This document shows positions 9,919 through 19,404 of a stretch of DNA of 64,000 nucleotides, one piece after another. The position numbers and the translations under genes were made by a program. Within the stretch, counting starts at the first letter, position 1; each line of letters opens with the position of its first letter. The stretch lies in assembly GCA_965222375.1 (NCBI GenBank), contig CBDCTZ010000016.1, forward strand, positions 3,104,001-3,168,000, given 5' to 3'. Origin of the DNA: Polyangiaceae bacterium (GTDB lineage: Bacteria; Myxococcota_A; Polyangia; Polyangiales; Polyangiaceae). The notes below the pieces were generated by a model. The model worked only from the letters and a program-made list of their open reading frames with translations, ran no database searches and was not told the DNA's origin.

Positions 9919-10470
9919 TTGAAGGCGAGGATGATCGGAGAAACGCAACAGCCAGTCCGTCGGTGGGTGATCGATGCCCTCGACCAACACGAGGCCAAGC
10001 TGCTCCGGTTCGCGCGCTCCATCGTGGGCGACGGATTGGCGCCGGACGTCGTGCAAGACACGTTCGTGCGGCTGTGCAACCAGAAGCAGAGTGACGTCGA
10101 GGGTCATCTCGCGGCCTGGTTGTTCACGGTCTGTCGCAATCGCGCCCTGGAGCTGCTCCGAACTCAGCGTCGCCTTCGGAACCTGGAGGAGAGCGACGTG
10201 GAAGCACACCCTGACAGCGGGCCGGCGACCAAGCTGGAACGCAAAGAAGACGCGACGCGAGTCGGCGCTGCGATTCGCCGCCTGCCCGAACGGCAACGAG
10301 AAATCTTGTTGCTCAAGCTCGACGCGGGCCTGACCTACAAACAGATCGCCGAGGTGATGCAGCTGAGTGTGTCCAACGTCGGTTTCATCCTGCATCAAGC
10401 AGTGAAGGCCATCCGGGAGCAAGTCGCTGATGAACCGCAGTTCGCTGCTACCGCTCGGAGGACATCATGA
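9919..10470 (+). CDS. ECF RNA polymerase sigma factor
   Basis: DVVQDTF, WLFTVCRN region 2; LPERQREI..GLTYKQIAEVM region 4. Confidence 0.92.
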   Translation: MKARMIGETQQPVRRWVIDALDQHEAKLLRFARSIVGDGLAPDVVQDTFVRLCNQKQSDVEGHLAAWLFTVCRNRALELLRTQRRLRNLEESDVEAHPDSGPATKLERKEDATRVGAAIRRLPERQREILLLKLDAGLTYKQIAEVMQLSVSNVGFILHQAVKAIREQVADEPQFAATARRTS

Positions 10471-12524
10471 GCGAACAAGAAGAAGCCAAGTTGACCGCAT
10501 ACGCTCTGGGAGAGCTCTCGCCGGAGGAGGCCGCGGCCATGCAACGTGAGCTCTCCGCGTCACCCGAAAAGCAGCGCGAGCTGGAGGCGATTGAAAGCAC
10601 CTTGGCGTTGATCCGAGAGGAGCTAGAGCAAGACTCGCCGGCCCTCAGCACTGGCCGGCGTCAGAGCATCGAGGCTGCTGCTCGTGGCAGTGCAGGAGCC
10701 GAGTCCGAGGAACCAATTCCAACGTCGGGACCTTCGGCACCGGTGCCCGATCGTCAGCTGGAAACGCCAAAAGTCGTGCCCTTTGCGCCGAGGCGTCGGC
10801 GCGGGCGCCTGGTTTTCGGTGCAGGCATGGTCGCGACAGCAGCCGCGGCAGCGGCCGGGCTGTTCTTCGTCGTCAGGTCCGAGCCGGGGTCATCGGAGAG
10901 CGATCTGATGGAATCCCAGGCCCACTACGCGATGACCAAAGGGGCGCCCGGGCTGGCAGCGTCCGCCGCTTCACCGGCGACGATGGCGGACCCACAAGAG
11001 CGCAAGCAAGAGGCGAAGCCCGACGACGGTGACAAGGACGAGAAGGGGCGTTTCAATCGCGAACGCTACGACCACATCGTCGACAATCCGTTCGTACGAG
11101 TCGATACGGACCCGCGCTCGACCTTCTCCATAGACGTGGACACGGCATCCTACGCCTTGATGCGTCGTCATCTCAACGAAGGCAAGTTGCCACCCAAGGG
11201 CGCCGTGCGAATCGAAGAGATGCTGAACTACTTCAGCTACGAATACCCCGAACCCACCGGCCCCCATCCGTTTTCCGTGACCACGGACGTGGCATCAGCG
11301 CCTTGGTCGCCAGAGCACCGCTTGGTTCGGATCGGGCTCAAAGGCAAACACGTCGAGCCTAAGGATGTGCCAGGCACCAACTTGGTATTTCTGATCGATG
11401 TTTCCGGATCCATGAGCGCCCCGAACAAGTTGCCATTGCTCAAACGAGCCTTCGGCTTGCTCGTCAATCAACTGGACGCGCGAGACAGTGTTTCCATGGT
11501 GGTTTATGCTGGCGCTTCGGGTTTGGTGCTGCCGCCCACCCCGGGCGACCGGAAGCAGGAGATTCTGTCGGCTCTGGAGCGTCTGGACGCTGGCGGCTCG
11601 ACCAACGGCGGTGAGGGCATCCGGCTGGCTTACCAAATGGCGAAGAAGCGTTTCGTGCGAGGAGGCATCAACCGGGTGCTGCTGGCGACAGACGGCGACT
11701 TCAACGTTGGCACCACCAGCGAGAGTGAGCTGGTCGATCTGATCGAAGACAAGGCGAAAAGCGGCGTCTTCTTGAGCGTGCTCGGTTTGGGAGGTGGAAA
11801 CTACAACGATTCCACCCTGGAGAAGCTCGCGGACAAGGGCAACGGCAACTACGCCTACATCGACTCGATTCGTGAAGCGCGCAAAGTGCTGGTGGAGCAG
11901 GCAACGGGTACTCTGATGACCATCGCCAAGGACGTGAAGATCCAGGTGGAGTTCAACCCGGCTCAGGTCGCAGCCTTTCGCCTAATTGGTTACGAAAACC
12001 GCGTGCTGGCCCATCAGGACTTCAACGATGACAAGAAGGACGCGGGCGAAATCGGAGCGGATCACACGGTGACGGCTCTGTATGAGGTCGTGCCCGCCGG
12101 TGGCGCCGTGCCCACCATCAAGGGCGACGAGCTCAAGTATCAAGCGCGACCCCAGCCGACTCCAGCGGCGGCGAGTGGCGAGCTGTTGACGGTGAAGCTG
12201 CGCTACAAGCAACCCAGCGGCACCACCAGCCAGCTATTCGAAACGGCCGTGCGCGACGGACGAGGCAAGATCGAAAGTGCCAACGCAGAGTTTCGCTTCA
12301 CCGCGGCGGTGGCCGAGTTCGGCATGCTGCTGAGGGATTCCCCCTACAAGGGCAAGTCGAGCTTTCAACAGGTCCTCAGCTTGGCAAGCGACTCCAAGCG
12401 CTCCGAGGCGATGCGAGAGTTCAGTGAACTGGTCAAGAAGGCTCAGAGCCTCAAGGCAGGTGCCAAGAACGCGGAGCAAAACTGCGAATGCGACCCCGCC
12501 GACCCATTGTGTACGTGTCTCTAG
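10467..12524 (+). CDS. Anti-sigma-like N-terminus + TM + YfbK-type vWA/DUF3520 protein
   Basis: LTAYALGELS N-terminus, hydrophobic segment, STFSIDVDTASY, MIDAS DVSGSM, ATDGDFNVG, RLIGYENR. Confidence 0.85.
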   Translation: MSEQEEAKLTAYALGELSPEEAAAMQRELSASPEKQRELEAIESTLALIREELEQDSPALSTGRRQSIEAAARGSAGAESEEPIPTSGPSAPVPDRQLETPKVVPFAPRRRRGRLVFGAGMVATAAAAAAGLFFVVRSEPGSSESDLMESQAHYAMTKGAPGLAASAASPATMADPQERKQEAKPDDGDKDEKGRFNRERYDHIVDNPFVRVDTDPRSTFSIDVDTASYALMRRHLNEGKLPPKGAVRIEEMLNYFSYEYPEPTGPHPFSVTTDVASAPWSPEHRLVRIGLKGKHVEPKDVPGTNLVFLIDVSGSMSAPNKLPLLKRAFGLLVNQLDARDSVSMVVYAGASGLVLPPTPGDRKQEILSALERLDAGGSTNGGEGIRLAYQMAKKRFVRGGINRVLLATDGDFNVGTTSESELVDLIEDKAKSGVFLSVLGLGGGNYNDSTLEKLADKGNGNYAYIDSIREARKVLVEQATGTLMTIAKDVKIQVEFNPAQVAAFRLIGYENRVLAHQDFNDDKKDAGEIGADHTVTALYEVVPAGGAVPTIKGDELKYQARPQPTPAAASGELLTVKLRYKQPSGTTSQLFETAVRDGRGKIESANAEFRFTAAVAEFGMLLRDSPYKGKSSFQQVLSLASDSKRSEAMREFSELVKKAQSLKAGAKNAEQNCECDPADPLCTCL

Positions 12525-12553
12525 CGACAGAGCACGCGCACTGTCAGCGACCG

Positions 12554-13657
12554 CTACTGCGCGAAGCCGTAGCGGTCGCCGTTTTGTAGCGGGGGCAACT
12601 CTTGCTCGGGCAACAGGATGGTGCGTATGGCCCAGAGCTCGTCGAAGATGCGATAGCGGGTGGTCTGGTCCAGGTAGTCCACGCCCGACGACCCTCCGGT
12701 CCCGACGCGCCGGCCGATGATGCGCTCCACCATGCGTGCATGGCGAGTTCGAAACAGAACCAGCTGCTCCTCGAGCTCTACGGCGGTGTCCGTCAGCAAG
12801 CGCGGCCAGGCCAAGAGCGGCAATTGCCGATAGGACTCGATGAATAGCGCGCCGGCCCGAATCCGCTTCAATTTCTGACGCTCGCCCTCAGGGGCGTCTT
12901 GGGCCATCAGGAGTTGCTCTGCGACGGACTCTTGTTCGGCGATGCGCGCCGCGAAGGGCTTTGGGTCCTCGTTGAGCGCGGCTGCCAGGCGCTCGGCTTT
13001 ACCCTTGTTGGCGTCCCGCAGGCGCTGCAGGTAGTCGCTGGCGAAACGATCGATGACCCCCGCGTCGCCGGGATCCCCAGGGCTCGACCCCATGATCGGT
13101 GTTCGGTACAGCCAATCGTGCACCGCGGTTTTCAGGGTCAGTTCTTTGCGCGCCGCTTCGATGCGCCCCCAAGCCATCTCGCCGGCGGGGGAGTGCTCGG
13201 CAAGATGGCGGATGTGTTCCATGGGGTCCTTACCGCCATAGGTGACTCGGCGCTTCTCATCGAAGCCCAACACGATTTCTACCTCGCGGAGCTGAAAGGA
13301 CTGAAAGCCACTGGCGGGGATCAGTTTGTCTCGGAACGCCAAGAAGTCCTGGGGCGTCAGAGTTTCCATCACCTTGAAGTGCTCCACGGCGAGCTCGAAG
13401 ATGGTGCTTGCGCGCCGCAGGTGGTGCACGACGTAGGGGATCTTTTCCTCGGGCACCTGGGGAGAAGCTAGGTGGTCCCGGGCTTCACGTAGCTCCCGTA
13501 AGGTCAGCTTGAACCACAGCTCCAAGACTTGATGCACGACGATGAAGTGCAGCTCGTCCGGAATGAGTTTCGAATCGTCCCCATCGAGTCCGTCCTGGAG
13601 CGAGAGCAGACGATCCACCTTGAGGTAGTCCCAGTAGTTCGGAACCTGGCTTGTCAT
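12554..13657 (-). CDS. kynA: Tryptophan 2,3-dioxygenase
   Basis: YWDYL, ELHFIVVHQ..ELWFK, PASGFQSFQ, RMVERIIG..GTGGSSG. Confidence 0.92.
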   Translation of the reverse strand: MTSQVPNYWDYLKVDRLLSLQDGLDGDDSKLIPDELHFIVVHQVLELWFKLTLRELREARDHLASPQVPEEKIPYVVHHLRRASTIFELAVEHFKVMETLTPQDFLAFRDKLIPASGFQSFQLREVEIVLGFDEKRRVTYGGKDPMEHIRHLAEHSPAGEMAWGRIEAARKELTLKTAVHDWLYRTPIMGSSPGDPGDAGVIDRFASDYLQRLRDANKGKAERLAAALNEDPKPFAARIAEQESVAEQLLMAQDAPEGERQKLKRIRAGALFIESYRQLPLLAWPRLLTDTAVELEEQLVLFRTRHARMVERIIGRRVGTGGSSGVDYLDQTTRYRIFDELWAIRTILLPEQELPPLQNGDRYGFAQ

Positions 13658-13663
13658 GGGCCG

Positions 13664-13699
13664 AGAGTAGTGCATCGATTCGAATCGATGCACTACTCT
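13664..13699. repeat. Perfect 36-bp palindrome directly upstream of kynA
   Basis: AGAGTAGTGCATCGATTCGAATCGATGCACTACTCT equals its own reverse complement. Confidence 0.9.
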
Positions 13700-13887
13700 G
13701 TTTGTCGGGAGCACAGCTCCCGCCCCGCTGACGTGAAGTCATCGGGGCCCCACCCTCAGGTTTCGGGCCCCAACCCCGAATCAGCATCGGTTCGAATCCG
13801 TGTGCCCGCCGAATGTCGACCGCGCATAAAACGCGAGCGGCTAGCGCTAGGGCCCGCCGCGTTCGCTACTTTTGGGTTGGGGGAGGC

Positions 13888-15798
13888 TCAGCCCGTGCCG
13901 GGCAAGGTGGCATTGGTCAGCCACTTGAAGCCGTCGACCAAGGCCAGGGAATCGTAGGCGGTGTCCCCCACGTCCCAGATGACCAGGCGAACCTCGACGA
14001 TGCCGCCCGGCACGACGTTGCCGGCCGTGGTCAGCCAGAATGTGCCACCGCCTTCCACGTCACAGCTGCCGGAGGTCTTGGCTTCAAAGCCCGTGCCTAG
14101 CAGGTCGCCCACGCCGAGCTTGCAAGACTGCGCGTTGACGTCGGCGTCGAAGCAGAGGCTGCCCGAGTTGGAAACCGCCGGGTCACACACCGCGAACAGG
14201 CTAGTGCCCTTCGCAACGTTGATCCCGATGGGCCACTTGCTCTTGGTCGTCAGGTCCTGATGGGTGAGCAGGTTCTTGTCGACTGGGTTCGGGATCGGGG
14301 AAGGCGTGCCGCCGGGCGTGTCCACGAGCGCCACGAACTGGTCGTTGTAGTCGGAGCACACGAATTCCGGGTACTCGCTCGAGAAGAAGTAGCTGTTGAA
14401 GGAAAACGCCCGTGCATTGGTCGGCGCGCGCAACTTGAGGCGAATCATTACCGAGTCATTCGCTTCCGCGGGGTTCGAGAAGCCGCCGGTCGAACCGCAG
14501 CCGGGTGCCTGGGGCAGCCCGTTGGCAGCCTTGAGTGGGGCGTTGGCCGCCGCGAACCAATCCTTGACGCAACGGGGATCCGAGCAGGATTGGATGTTGG
14601 CCATGCTTGCCGGTGAGTGAGTCTCGCTTGGGTAGTCGACAAAACTCCCTGAAGAGATGTTCGGGCCTGGGTTGGTCTGCGTCCCGTCCGAGGCGATGCC
14701 GCTGGACATGACGACCATATTCTTGCCTTCGAGGGCGTTGATGCTCTTGCCGAAGGTGGCGCGAATGCTCTTTGCCTTGTTGTCGCCGAGCGGAGTCCCG
14801 TCCGCGCGCAGGATTTCCGCGGAAATCAGGCCCCAAGTCTTGTCCGCCTTGTTGGGCGGGGTCTCCTTGGTGTCACGGCAGATACCCAACGCCTTGGCGT
14901 AGTCCTTGGGCACGTTCGAGGCGCTGCTCAGACCCGAGTCGCAGTCGAAGGTGTCTTCGGTGTCGAAGAGGTCGACTTTGCCGTTGCAGTTGTCGTCGAT
15001 GGCGTTGCCTACCACCTCGAAGGCGCCGGGGTTGACCACGGCGGGGTTGGCGCCGCAGAAGCCGGACTTGTCGCAGCAGTCGCCGTCGCTGACGAGCCAA
15101 CCGTCGTTGTCGCAGTCAGTGACGTTGCTGTCGCAGATACCGCATTTGCCGGACAGGCAGTCCTCGCCGGCCGCACAGGCTTTGCCACAGCCGCCGCAGT
15201 TGTTCTTGTCCGTGAGCAGATTGACGCAGGCGGTGGAGCAGTTGATGGAACCGTCCGGGCACTGGCCCACACAGGCGCCTCCAGCGCAAACCTCACCGGC
15301 CTTGCAAGCGTTGCCGCAGGTGCCGCAGTGCGCGATGTTGGTTTGCAGATCCACGCAATCCGAATCGCACTTCGTGGTGCCGCCGGCGCACTGGACGCCG
15401 CACTGGCCGAGGGAGCAGACCTCACCCTGCTGGCAGGCGTTTCCACAGCTGCCGCAGTTTGCTGGGTCCACGTTGGTGTCGACGCAGCTGCCGTTGCAGC
15501 CCGTCGTGCCGCCGCCGCAGGTCGACGTGCACGCGCCCTGGGAGCAATACTCGCCCTGCTGGCAGGCGGTGCCGCAGGCGCCGCAGTTTGCCGGGTCGTT
15601 TTGCTGGTCGACGCAGACGCCGTTGCAATTCAACAGGTTGCCGCAGAGGCCACCCCCGACGCCGCCGCCGGTGCCTGGTGTTCCCCCGCTGCTGCTGTCA
15701 CTTCCACAGCCTGGTGCGACCGCGACCATGGCACTTGCCGTGAGCGCGCATGCAAAAACGCGCCAAGCGGAGAGTCCCCCGCTGCTTTGCTTGCTCAT
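13888..15798 (-). CDS. Cys-rich repeat lipoprotein with C-terminal choice-of-anchor L-like domain
   Basis: Lipobox APGC, four C..CVD...D.NCG.CG..C repeats, E..GNAIDDNCNG.VD metal-binding repeat, FFSSEYPE..YNDQF, IWDVGD..YDS. Confidence 0.8.
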   Translation of the reverse strand: MSKQSSGGLSAWRVFACALTASAMVAVAPGCGSDSSSGGTPGTGGGVGGGLCGNLLNCNGVCVDQQNDPANCGACGTACQQGEYCSQGACTSTCGGGTTGCNGSCVDTNVDPANCGSCGNACQQGEVCSLGQCGVQCAGGTTKCDSDCVDLQTNIAHCGTCGNACKAGEVCAGGACVGQCPDGSINCSTACVNLLTDKNNCGGCGKACAAGEDCLSGKCGICDSNVTDCDNDGWLVSDGDCCDKSGFCGANPAVVNPGAFEVVGNAIDDNCNGKVDLFDTEDTFDCDSGLSSASNVPKDYAKALGICRDTKETPPNKADKTWGLISAEILRADGTPLGDNKAKSIRATFGKSINALEGKNMVVMSSGIASDGTQTNPGPNISSGSFVDYPSETHSPASMANIQSCSDPRCVKDWFAAANAPLKAANGLPQAPGCGSTGGFSNPAEANDSVMIRLKLRAPTNARAFSFNSYFFSSEYPEFVCSDYNDQFVALVDTPGGTPSPIPNPVDKNLLTHQDLTTKSKWPIGINVAKGTSLFAVCDPAVSNSGSLCFDADVNAQSCKLGVGDLLGTGFEAKTSGSCDVEGGGTFWLTTAGNVVPGGIVEVRLVIWDVGDTAYDSLALVDGFKWLTNATLPGTG

Positions 15799-15962
15799 AT
15801 TGACCTCCCGAAGAGATGCGGGGACTAGCTCCGAACCGGAGCCGGCGCAACCACATTGTCCTACATTGGAGCCAAAACGAGGCTAAGTGACTGAGAACCA
15901 AGTGTTTATGCCCTTGAGCCAAGTCATTGCCGCTGACCGGGGTGCCCCAACCGGCTGGCGGG

Positions 15963-16697
15963 TCAGCGCCGCATCAAGTCGGTGGCAGCCTTGCGATCGA
16001 TGCTGGAAAAGGCGTCGATGACTTTGGTGAGCATCTCGAATTGGCGTGAAGCGGTCACGAGCCCCGTCATGCTCGACACCGCGGAGGCATTGCTCAGCTC
16101 GAGGGTCTCCTGGTCCACCAGCGCCTCGACCACGGCTGGGGGTTGAGCCCCCTCGATTGCGCGCAGCAGAACGTCGCCGTCCTTGGTCAACTGCCCCTCA
16201 GGAAAGCGCACCGTGAGCAGGCGGCTGGTGCTGGCGACGTCGTCGATCACGAAGCTGCCGTCCTGGGCCACGCCGATCCGGGCCGCGCTGGGGTCGACCT
16301 TGATCGGCTTACGGTCCGGGCCGAGATAGGCGTGCCCCTGTTGGGTCACGATGGAACCGTCCGCCCGCATCTGCAGGCTTCCGGCGCGAGTGTATCGCTC
16401 GCCATTGGGCGTGCTCACGACAAACATCGCGTCCTGGTCACGCAACGAAACGTCCAGCCCTCGGCCGGTGTGCACCGACGTACCCGCCATCAAGTTGGGC
16501 GCCGAGCTGCGGACTACCGCGTAGCGCATGCTGTCCGTGCCGACGGATTGCACGGCCCGGGCAAGCTCCTGACGAAAGACCGCGCGATCGGCGCGGTAGC
16601 CCGCGGTTGTCGCGTTGGCGACGTTGTTGGCGTGCACATCCAAGGCGAAACTTTGTCCCACCGCGCCGGACGCCGCTGACCAAATCCCCGTGCTCAT
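15963..16697 (-). CDS. flgF: Flagellar basal-body rod protein FlgF
   Basis: LDVHANNVANATTAGY, TGRGLDV, YTRAG, LELSNASAV; 244 aa. Confidence 0.85.
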   Translation of the reverse strand: MSTGIWSAASGAVGQSFALDVHANNVANATTAGYRADRAVFRQELARAVQSVGTDSMRYAVVRSSAPNLMAGTSVHTGRGLDVSLRDQDAMFVVSTPNGERYTRAGSLQMRADGSIVTQQGHAYLGPDRKPIKVDPSAARIGVAQDGSFVIDDVASTSRLLTVRFPEGQLTKDGDVLLRAIEGAQPPAVVEALVDQETLELSNASAVSSMTGLVTASRQFEMLTKVIDAFSSIDRKAATDLMRR

Positions 16698-17950
16698 TGG
16701 CTATCCCTTAGTTTTCGAGCCGTCTCACGCCAGCTTTCCAATCGATCGTCCACGGAGAGTTCCTTCAAGTGACCCAGGTCGATGCACTGCGCCGGGTCGT
16801 CGCAGCCTTCCTCGGCAGGTAGTTCCGGATCCTCCACCAGACGATTGGCGAGGCTCACGGCCAGTGAGATGTCCAAGTAGGTGCTGACCTCGGCCTCGCG
16901 CTTGTGGTGCCAAGCAACGGCCTGGATCACGGGTTGGGGCAATCCCCAGATCCCGAGCAAATAGGCGCCCACCTCGGCATGAGTGACCCCGAGCATCTCG
17001 CGTTCGACCTCGAAGCGCGCGCGGCCCGTTCGCTCACATTCTTCGTTGACCTTGGCGAGGATGTCCGGCGCCCGAGCCGCCAAGAGCAGCCTTCCAACGT
17101 CGTGGAGCATTCCGGCCAGAAACGCATCTTCACCCATACCGGTGCCCGCGAGGATGCGACGGGCGAGATGGGCAGTGCGCAGCCCATTTTGTTGCAAGGC
17201 ATCGATACTGAAGCCCTTGACTGGCCGCTTGGGGGCGAACTGCTCACACAGCTCCGCGCTGAACACTACAGCTTTTGTGGTTTGGAATCCCAGATAGGCC
17301 ACAGCGCCCAGAGCCGTGCGAACCCGACTGGGCAGGCCGAAATAGGCCGAGGAAACCAAACGTACGACTTGCGCTGACAGCGCGACGTCGCTTTCGATGA
17401 TCTTCGCGACGTCGGCCACGCCCGTATCCGGGTCCGAGAGTGCCTTGGATAGCTGGGAGTAGACCTTGGGCGGCGAAGGTAGGCGGTTGCTCGTGCCAAC
17501 GAGGGCCCGCAATTCCGGATCATCCAAGAGCGCCCGCAACTCGAAGGCCTGTCGCAGCTTCGCTCGGAAGTTCATGGGTTCGAAGGGCTTGGTCAGGAAC
17601 TGATGGGCAACCGGGACGGTACGAAAGACGAGCTCGGGACTGGCGAGGGCCGACAGGACCAGCCGAACCACTTCCGGATGGTTATCTTGCACGTAGGTCA
17701 GCAGGGTTGCGCCATCCATCTCCGGCATCAGGAGATCCGAAACGATCACGTCGACGGGACGCGCCTCCATTTCTTGAATGGCTGCGTCTCCAGAGGGCAC
17801 GAAGGCCAGATCCCAGGTCGGCTCAGCGGTGCGCATGAGTCGCTCCACACTGCGAAGCACGGCGGGCTCGTCGTCCACGAATAGGAGTCGCGGCGCCTTG
17901 CGCTTCAGTGTGGACGGGGGGCGCGTTGAAGAGCGCGCGGCTGCGTGCAT
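16694..17950 (-). CDS. Response regulator with REC + HDOD domains
   Basis: LLFVDDE, VSDLLMPEMDG, FLTKP; LPSPP, DVALSAQVVRLVSSAYFG, AGMLHDVG, HAEVGAYLL..WGLP. Confidence 0.9.
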   Translation of the reverse strand: MHAAARSSTRPPSTLKRKAPRLLFVDDEPAVLRSVERLMRTAEPTWDLAFVPSGDAAIQEMEARPVDVIVSDLLMPEMDGATLLTYVQDNHPEVVRLVLSALASPELVFRTVPVAHQFLTKPFEPMNFRAKLRQAFELRALLDDPELRALVGTSNRLPSPPKVYSQLSKALSDPDTGVADVAKIIESDVALSAQVVRLVSSAYFGLPSRVRTALGAVAYLGFQTTKAVVFSAELCEQFAPKRPVKGFSIDALQQNGLRTAHLARRILAGTGMGEDAFLAGMLHDVGRLLLAARAPDILAKVNEECERTGRARFEVEREMLGVTHAEVGAYLLGIWGLPQPVIQAVAWHHKREAEVSTYLDISLAVSLANRLVEDPELPAEEGCDDPAQCIDLGHLKELSVDDRLESWRETARKLRDSQ

Positions 17951-18100
17951 GTCGTCGAAGCACTGAGCAAAGAGCGGGCCAGCGCTGGGGTCGACCCAAT
18001 TGGGCAAATGCGCGGGCTCAGAGTCTGGGCATTCACGCGTATGGCGACGAGTTGACAGCGACGAAGTCACCACCTTGGCACATTGAGGGGGCTAGGGCTG

Positions 18101-18118
18101 GTGTCAACAGGTTGACAC
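18101..18118. promoter_or_regulatory. Palindromic GTCA-N6-TGAC site (candidate FleQ-type activator site)
   Basis: GTGTCAACAGGTTGACAC between divergent genes. Confidence 0.5.
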
Positions 18119-18231
18119 GATGCGTTTCAAAAGCAGTTGAACTGCCGGCTCCGGCGGGTCTGCCATTAGATCACCGGGCGCCCATCGCGGTCGGTGGATC
18201 GGCGCGGTTTTCGCATTGGCTGCCGCATCCC

Positions 18232-18558
18232 ATGGCGCAGTCGATCAGCCCGAACGTGAACCCCGTCGCCAGCGACGGCGTGCTTCGCCCGTCGGACCTC
18301 GTATACATCGACAGTTTTCTCGATCTGCTGCACTGCTTGAACGATCCCTTCGCTGGCGGCCCCAAGATAACCGAGCTGGTGAGCAAGATCCCGGTCTTGT
18401 CGGCGCGCGTGATGCGCCGCGCGCGGGGTCGCTCCAAGCGCCGAAAGATCGATACGGTCGCGCAGGCCCTCACTTTGATCGGCAACGGTGGGCTCGAAAC
18501 AGAGCTGATACAGCTCCTCGAAGATCTGACGATCTTGAAGTCAGAGTTGGAACCGTGA
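18232..18558 (+). CDS. Small stand-alone partial HDOD-like protein
   Basis: LNDP..ITELVSK.PVLSARVMRRA...IDTVAQALTLIG matches the N-terminal half of HDOD. Confidence 0.6.
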   Translation: MAQSISPNVNPVASDGVLRPSDLVYIDSFLDLLHCLNDPFAGGPKITELVSKIPVLSARVMRRARGRSKRRKIDTVAQALTLIGNGGLETELIQLLEDLTILKSELEP

Positions 18559-18561
18559 TGC

Positions 18562-18576
18562 TGGCGCGCTTCTTGC
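18562..18576 (+). promoter_or_regulatory. sigma54 (-24/-12) promoter of the glucosaminidase-glycosylation-motAB operon
   Basis: TGGCGCGCTTCTTGC (GG-N10-GC), 15 nt before the ATG. Confidence 0.7.
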
Positions 18577-18591
18577 GAAGTCTCTGAGCTC

Positions 18592-19404
18592 ATGGCGATA
18601 AGTCCAGTTCTGCCCGCGTCGATTCAACCGACAACTTCGCGACCCCAACCCGCGGCGGAGCGTTTCCAGGTTCCACAGCAGCAGCGCGGCACTGTCGCCG
18701 CGACTCGCACGCGACTCTCCGGGGAGCAGGCCGCGGATGCCTTGGAGCGAGCCCTGACTCAGACTACGGGTAGTCGGCCACCCAGAGAAATGGTGGCTGT
18801 GCTCAGCGCCCAGTGGGCCCACGAAACTGGCCGCGGCGCAAGCATGTACAACTACAATTTTGGGGGCATCAAAGGCACGGGGCCGAGCGGCCTCTCGGTC
18901 GTACAACGCACTCGCGAGGGCTGGGGTGCCAGCGAGCGAACGATCCGAGATCGTTTTCGCGCTTACGCCACGCCCGAAGAAGGCGCAGCTGACTTCGTCG
19001 GTCTGTTGGCCAGGCGGTACCCCGCCGCTCTGGAAGCCGCCGAGCGCGGGGATACTCACAGTTTCGTCCGGGCTCTGAAGGCCAAAGGGTACTTCACCGG
19101 AAACGAACACGCCTACATCCGCTCTGTAGACGGATTGACGACCCTGGCGCTGACCGAAGGTTTCGGCGCGCTGGGGCATGATGGGCCGCCAGCGCCGCGG
19201 AGCCTGGCGCATTTGACGGTTTCGCCGAATGGTGCTGGGCGAGTTGATGCGGCTGGCGAAGGCCTCGGAGAACTGAGCGCTGTCCTCGGCGGCCAGGCCC
19301 ACTTCGTAGACGCCATGGCCATTGCCGACGAAATTGGTCGCAGCGCCCTGCGTTTGCTCGCAGAAGAAGCGCGCCGAGAGCGCTCCCCCGAGGAGACGGC
19401 TTGA
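18592..19404 (+). CDS. Glucosaminidase/muramidase domain protein (FlgJ-like peptidoglycan hydrolase)
   Basis: AQWAHETG.G, YNFGGIK, FRAYAT, RYPAAL, ALKAKGYFT. Confidence 0.8.
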   Translation: MAISPVLPASIQPTTSRPQPAAERFQVPQQQRGTVAATRTRLSGEQAADALERALTQTTGSRPPREMVAVLSAQWAHETGRGASMYNYNFGGIKGTGPSGLSVVQRTREGWGASERTIRDRFRAYATPEEGAADFVGLLARRYPAALEAAERGDTHSFVRALKAKGYFTGNEHAYIRSVDGLTTLALTEGFGALGHDGPPAPRSLAHLTVSPNGAGRVDAAGEGLGELSAVLGGQAHFVDAMAIADEIGRSALRLLAEEARRERSPEETA

